The position numbers were made by a program, and so were the translations under genes. From the NCBI GenBank assembly GCA_011109175.1, contig RDEW01000014.1, forward strand, positions 124,001-188,000: a DNA stretch of 64,000 nucleotides, given 5' to 3'. Position 1 is the first letter of the stretch, and the number at the start of each line of letters is the position of its first letter. The DNA comes from Dicyema japonicum. Taxonomy: Eukaryota; Animalia; Dicyemida. The notes under the pieces were generated by a model that saw nothing but the letters and a program-made list of their open reading frames with translations, had not been told where the DNA came from and did no database searches. Below are positions 63,030 to 64,000 of this stretch, piece after piece.

Positions 63030-63210
63030 ATTTGTTAAAAAGTTCCCATTTTCAATCGGATTCCTCTGTAGGAATAAGAGAAGGCTCTTTCGTACGGAGT
63101 GGGTACAATGCAAGACCACTGACGTTTGATGGCTCGATTGACTACGGGAACTAGGATTACCTTTTTTCTGTCTTTTTTTCTCGATGATCACGGGGTTCTA
63201 AATAAATTGT
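63030..63210 (+). mobile_element. LINE 3' end fragment (..GIT family)
   Basis: VGTMQDH*RLMARL..RIT; terminus gatcacggggttctaaataaa. Confidence 0.6.
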
Positions 63211-63419
63211 AGTCAAAGTTACAAAAGCTATGGGCTAGGTGCATGAGACGTTTGTGTATCAGATATTCACCGAGTCATCACAGACGCGAAGCACAAGATG
63301 AAATTAATTTGAATGGACAAAATATGATTGATAAGTTAAAAGAAGTTGAACCTGACGTAATATGGAAAATGGAATCTTTTTTCAATCTTTCCTATCTATA
63401 ACAATTTCATGTAAATAAA

Positions 63420-64000
63420 AAAATAGGCATAAAGCAATCAAAAGTGAGAATCACTATACTAATGCAACTGGAACAATAGGCTTTAACACAAATCCTCGTC
63501 ACCTCAAAACAGTCGTTTTCTCGATCGATTTACAAAAGGCCTTCGACTCTGTCTCAAGAAAAATCCTAACCCGGAAATTGTTTGCCCTCCCCGTCATCCC
63601 CAATATAAAACTCTGGCTTGCTAACTTCATCAATGGAAGAAGGGCCCGGGTATAAATGGATGGGTTAGATGACCAAATCAGTTTTAAGATTACTACCCAA
63701 TGGTGTCTCACAATGTTCCCTTTTATCACCCGCCTTATTTAACTTATACGTGTCCGATTTACCACAACCCGATAATAAAGACGATTTCCTTCTATCATGT
63801 GCTGATGACCTATTAATCCGCGATCAAGATATCCTAAAGGCATCAGAAAGATTACAAGAATACCTTCACAAGCTTTCACGAAGAAACTGAAAATCTTGGG
63901 GATCACCTTCGACACACATATGTCCTTCTCATCTCACGTCGACGGTGTCTCTGGAAGCTTCTAAGAAAGCTAGGGATAATCAAAACTATTTTCGGTGGCA
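63420..64000 (+). mobile_element. Degraded LINE RT fragment, running off the window
   Basis: IDLQKAFDSVSR, WLANFINGRRARV, NGVSQCSLLSPALFN, CADD, ILGITFD. Confidence 0.85.

Overview
AT-rich, compact animal nuclear DNA. An innexin and an INTS8-like Integrator subunit indicate an animal. Nearly all spliceosomal introns are ultra-short (20-31 nt, one of 48 nt), which best fits a dicyemid-type parasite genome; that taxon call is inference. The six-frame ORF track is misleading because genes are cut into small exons, so gene models were assembled by hand. Apparently intact genes: a TspO/MBR-like membrane protein, eIF2B-delta, innexin, a TRIC/TMEM38-like channel, VPS28, ARP8, INTS8 and a secreted stand-alone I29 cathepsin-propeptide-like inhibitor. 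Disrupted or doubtful genes that keep their introns: an Arf/Arl GTPase, a cyclin-like remnant, UBR1/2 and PPP4R2. The rest is dominated by decayed mobile elements: RTE, CRE-like, R4-like and other LINEs, two putative tRNA-derived SINE families, and Tc1, pogo and piggyBac remnants. Most notable: (1) an RTE/SINE system with a conserved 5' terminal motif, an internally deleted RTE and a full-length RTE inside one target-site duplication (TSD), serial insertions into one target, and a 62-bp TSD; (2) the secreted I29-only inhibitor; (3) strong, largely intragenic enrichment of CACGTG; (4) candidate non-canonical micro-introns. All homology calls come from motif recognition, not database searches.
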